Assembly (NCBI GenBank): GCA_965369655.1
Contig: CBDUQR010000029.1
Location: 1-38,303 of the forward strand
Direction: 5' to 3'
Origin: an uncultured bacterium
GTDB lineage: Bacteria > Zixibacteria > MSB-5A5 > JAABVY01 > JAHJOQ01
Length of the DNA: 38,303 nt
Shown piece by piece: positions 35,647 to 38,303 of the stretch; the stretch's first letter is position 1; each line of letters starts with the position of its first letter. The notes beneath the pieces were generated by a model. It ran no database searches. It had not been told where the DNA came from and saw only the letters and a list, made by a program, of their open reading frames with translations. The translations under genes were made by a program, and so were the position numbers.

Positions 35647-37109
35647 CCAAGACCCTCCTCGGCAAGTCTTATCGCCTCTTTGATCGCAGCGATTTTGCTC
35701 AGGGTCTCCTGATACTCGCGCTCCGGAATCGAGTCAGCCACGATCCCCGCTCCAGCCTGCAGGTAGACATTATTACCTCGCTTCACGATCGTGCGGATAG
35801 CTATGCACATATCCATATTGCCCGAGAGCGAGAAATAGCCGACGCTTCCCGCGTATGGTCCTCGCCGGGTCGGTTCGAGTTCATTTATCAGTTCCATCGC
35901 CCGGACTTTGGGAGCACCGGTAACGGTGCCCGCCGGAAATGCCGCGCGAAACAGATCGAACTGGTCGGTGCCGTCTTTGATCATACCGCTCACCGTCGAT
36001 GTAAGATGTATGACATGCGAGTAATGCTCCAGCCGCATGAAATCAGAGACAGAAACAGTGCCGTACTTGCAGACTCTGCCGAGATCATTGCGACCAAGAT
36101 CGACCAGCATCACATGCTCGGCGCGTTCCTTCTCGTCCTGAAACAGATCTTCGGCGAGACGCGCATCCTCGGCTTCCGTTTTTCCGCGACGGCGTGTTCC
36201 GGCGATCGGCCTGACGATAGCCCTGCCGTCGTCAAGCTTCACCAGAGCTTCGGGGGACGATCCGATCAGTTCGAGATCATCGAACTTCAAATAGAACATG
36301 TACGGGGATGGATTCAGCATCCGCAGCGCCCGGTAAATCTGGAAACTCTCGGCGCTGGTCCTGCCCGAGAGAACCTGCGATGGGACAATTTGAAACACGT
36401 TCCCTGACCTGATGTTTTTCAGCGACTCTTCCACAGCCTGCTCGAATTCCGCCTTCGTCATGTTGGAGACATAGTCGACTGCAGAAGCTTTCGCGATTGG
36501 TTTCGGGATGCGGACCGGCCCCCTGAGAGCATTCCGGATCATGTCGAGCAGGTCTGCCGATCGTTGTACCGACTCGCTGTTGCTGCGGTCGCTCAGATTG
36601 ATGACTCTGATCTTTCTCTGGAAATGGTCGAACACGAGCAGCGTGTCGACGAGGTAGAAAGACCCGAGGATTTCATCGCTGTCTGGAAAGGGAATCCTCG
36701 GTTCAAAGAAGCTGACCATGTCGAATCCGACGAAGCCGACCAGACCGCCCAGCAACCCCATCTCGGGAACATCGGACGACAGCGACACGCGTTTCATGAT
36801 CCTGGCGCACGCTGTGAAGGGTGCGCTGTCGCTCTCGTGAGGGATTTCGATGCTGCCATCAACTCCTTCCACGCGGCTGAACTCTCGAAATATGTCAACC
36901 CTGTGAGTTGGAGAAACCCCGATGAACGTGTATTGCCCGACAGATTTTGGATTTTCTGCGCTTTCGAGGAGAAACCTCGCCCCCACAGTTTCGAGCTTCA
37001 GATATGCCGATACTGGCGTCTCGAGGTCGCCCGGAAGTTCAAGTACAGTCGGTTCGAGAACGATAGGATCGGTCGCTTCACTCTCTCTGAGAATCTCAAT
37101 CAAGTTCAT
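35643..37109 (-). CDS. trpE: Anthranilate synthase component I
   Basis: Trp-feedback motifs 'LLES' and 'NPSPYM'; 'PIAGTRRRG', 'EHVMLVDLGRND', 'PAGTVTGAPK', 'QAGAGIVADS'. Confidence 0.97.
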   Translation of the reverse strand: MNLIEILRESEATDPIVLEPTVLELPGDLETPVSAYLKLETVGARFLLESAENPKSVGQYTFIGVSPTHRVDIFREFSRVEGVDGSIEIPHESDSAPFTACARIMKRVSLSSDVPEMGLLGGLVGFVGFDMVSFFEPRIPFPDSDEILGSFYLVDTLLVFDHFQRKIRVINLSDRSNSESVQRSADLLDMIRNALRGPVRIPKPIAKASAVDYVSNMTKAEFEQAVEESLKNIRSGNVFQIVPSQVLSGRTSAESFQIYRALRMLNPSPYMFYLKFDDLELIGSSPEALVKLDDGRAIVRPIAGTRRRGKTEAEDARLAEDLFQDEKERAEHVMLVDLGRNDLGRVCKYGTVSVSDFMRLEHYSHVIHLTSTVSGMIKDGTDQFDLFRAAFPAGTVTGAPKVRAMELINELEPTRRGPYAGSVGYFSLSGNMDMCIAIRTIVKRGNNVYLQAGAGIVADSIPEREYQETLSKIAAIKEAIRLAEEGLG

Positions 37110-37123
37110 AGATTAACCCAATG

Positions 37124-37158
37124 AAAAAGGCTCACTATCTTTGTCGGATAGTGAGCCT
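37124..37158 (-). terminator. Attenuator terminator upstream of trpE
   Basis: Minus strand AGGCTCACTATC-cgacaaa-GATAGTGAGCCT-TTTT, ending ~15 nt before the trpE ATG. Confidence 0.9.
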
Positions 37159-37206
37159 AAAACTTTATCTTGTCTTAACTTACGGCAGCTCTAACCACTA
37201 TCCGAC
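37143..37206 (-). promoter_or_regulatory. Antiterminator helix of the attenuator
   Basis: GTCGGATAGTG (37206-37196, last codons of the leader) is perfectly complementary over 11 bp to CACTATCCGAC (37153-37143, terminator 5' arm and loop). Confidence 0.85.
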
Positions 37207-37298
37207 TGTCCGGATGCATTTTGCCACCACCTAAAAAAGTCGTGGCGTGCGCAAATGCCGGAGTAGAAAGTCGTAAAATGGTTCAAGCAGCTACACAT
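37191..37298 (-). CDS. trpL: trp/aro operon leader peptide, 35 aa: MCSCLNHFTTFYSGICARHDFFRWWQNASGQSDSG
   Basis: Translated by hand from the minus strand (below the ORF-track cutoff). Tandem TGG TGG is preceded by TTT TTT AGG; the TAG stop follows the antiterminator arm. Confidence 0.8.
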   Translation of the reverse strand: MCSCLNHFTTFYSGICARHDFFRWWQNASGQSDSG

Positions 37299-37307
37299 AA
37301 CTCTCAC

Positions 37308-37335
37308 AGTATAATACATGAACTGATGTTGTCAA
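37308..37335 (-). promoter_or_regulatory. Sigma70 promoter of the trp-aro superoperon
   Basis: TTGACA-16 nt-TATACT on the minus strand, ending 9 nt before the leader ATG. Confidence 0.75.
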
Positions 37336-37474
37336 GATTTTTCTGCGATTCAATGACTTTATCGACTGGCGGATTCGACAGCCTGGGCCGAATTCGGTAG
37401 ACATCAAATCCGGAAACCATTTATTGCCATGTAGGTAAGACTCTTGAGAGAAACTGATAGCGAAAGGAGCTTCC

Positions 37475-38242
37475 GTGAAAAGGCAGATTTCCGTACTGAC
37501 AGTGATTCTTCTGGTCATATCCTCCGCGAGCTTGTGGGCGATCACTGCCGACGAAGTCATAGACCGGCACATCGAGGCCAAGGGGGGACTCGACAAACTC
37601 AAGCAACTCAAGACAGTGGCAATGAAGGGCAAGATGATAATGGGCAGTCTTAGTGGTACTATGGAGACTTATCAGAAGGCGCCCAACCTGCGATTCTTGC
37701 GAGTCAGTCTGCAGAACGGCATGACTTACCAGGAAGGATGCGATGGTAAGAATATATGGTCATTGGGTCCCATGGGCTTTAAGACATTTCAGGGGAAGCA
37801 GCTTGAGGAACGACTTGAGCAATCGCAGATCGATCCATTGCTCGGCTTCACCGAGAGAGGCGGTAAGTACGAGTATATCGGCGTCGATTCTATGAACGGT
37901 ATCAAATGTCACAAGATTCGATTCATCCAGGGATCAAGCGATACCACATTCTCATTCTTCGATACGAAGAACTATCATATGATCAAAGCTGAGGTCGAAA
38001 CTCCCAGGGGTGTGTCCGAACAACTGTTCGATGAATTCAGGATGGTTGACGGCATTCTGTTTCCTTTTCAGATCAGATCCCTGACAGGGACTGCAAGGAC
38101 GAAGGTCACGTTCAGCGAGATCATTGTGAATCAGCCAATACCCGACTCGTTCTTTGTGATGCCCGATTCCACGCTGATTCCTCCGAGGATGATTCCTCTG
38201 CCTGACTCTTTGCGTGGGAAGCCGGTCAAACGAAGCAAATAA
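37475..38242 (+). CDS. Secreted protein, LolA-like / outer-membrane lipoprotein-sorting-type fold, function unknown
   Basis: GAAAGGAG RBS with GTG start; signal peptide; 'TADEVIDRHIEAKGGLDKLKQLKT', 'YQKAPN', 'FRMVDGILFPF', 'VNQPIPDSFF'. Confidence 0.8.
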   Translation: MKRQISVLTVILLVISSASLWAITADEVIDRHIEAKGGLDKLKQLKTVAMKGKMIMGSLSGTMETYQKAPNLRFLRVSLQNGMTYQEGCDGKNIWSLGPMGFKTFQGKQLEERLEQSQIDPLLGFTERGGKYEYIGVDSMNGIKCHKIRFIQGSSDTTFSFFDTKNYHMIKAEVETPRGVSEQLFDEFRMVDGILFPFQIRSLTGTARTKVTFSEIIVNQPIPDSFFVMPDSTLIPPRMIPLPDSLRGKPVKRSK

Positions 38243-38303
38243 TCTATTGGGTCTTCTCCCAAACGAGTGGGTAGGAATCAGCAGATAGAGGCTGAGAAAG
38301 CCA

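Noticed and set aside
37110-37330. T-box riboswitch upstream of trpE
   Set aside because: I find no T-box motif (GGTGGNACCGCG) or specifier stem; the leader-peptide model explains the GGTGG sequence (Arg-Trp-Trp codons) and the stems.

Overview
Bacterial chromosomal segment of moderate GC with no rRNA, tRNA, CRISPR array or transposase that I can see. The FlgD-Ig plus dockerin protein and the TPR-sigma54 regulator suggest a Zixibacteria-like lineage (inference). The left ~23 kb is mixed: a truncated NHL/FlgD/dockerin gene, an FKBP lipoprotein, scattered glycan genes (GT4, Wzz-like, formyltransferase, (alpha/alpha)6 protein, PMM), tag, a beta-carbonic-anhydrase-like gene, a serpin, a heterodimeric ABC exporter, Mut7-C and a 4Fe-4S/HMA pair. 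The right ~14 kb is a 16-gene minus-strand aromatic amino acid superoperon (trpEGDCFBA-aroH-aroF-tyrA-aroA-aroE-aroK-aroB-aroQ-ilvE) that lacks aroC and pheA. Two observations stand out. (1) A compact minus-strand module at ~1536-4655: sigma70 promoter, a 113-aa secreted acidic peptide translationally coupled to a TPR-AAA+-Fis sigma54 activator, then a consensus sigma54 promoter, a ~125-nt structured non-coding transcript and an intrinsic terminator. This is a candidate peptide-sensing (RRNPP-like) sigma54/sRNA circuit. (2) A 35-aa leader peptide missed by the ORF track (F..FY...FFRWW) with a perfect terminator/antiterminator pair ahead of trpE, a candidate attenuator sensing several aromatic amino acids.
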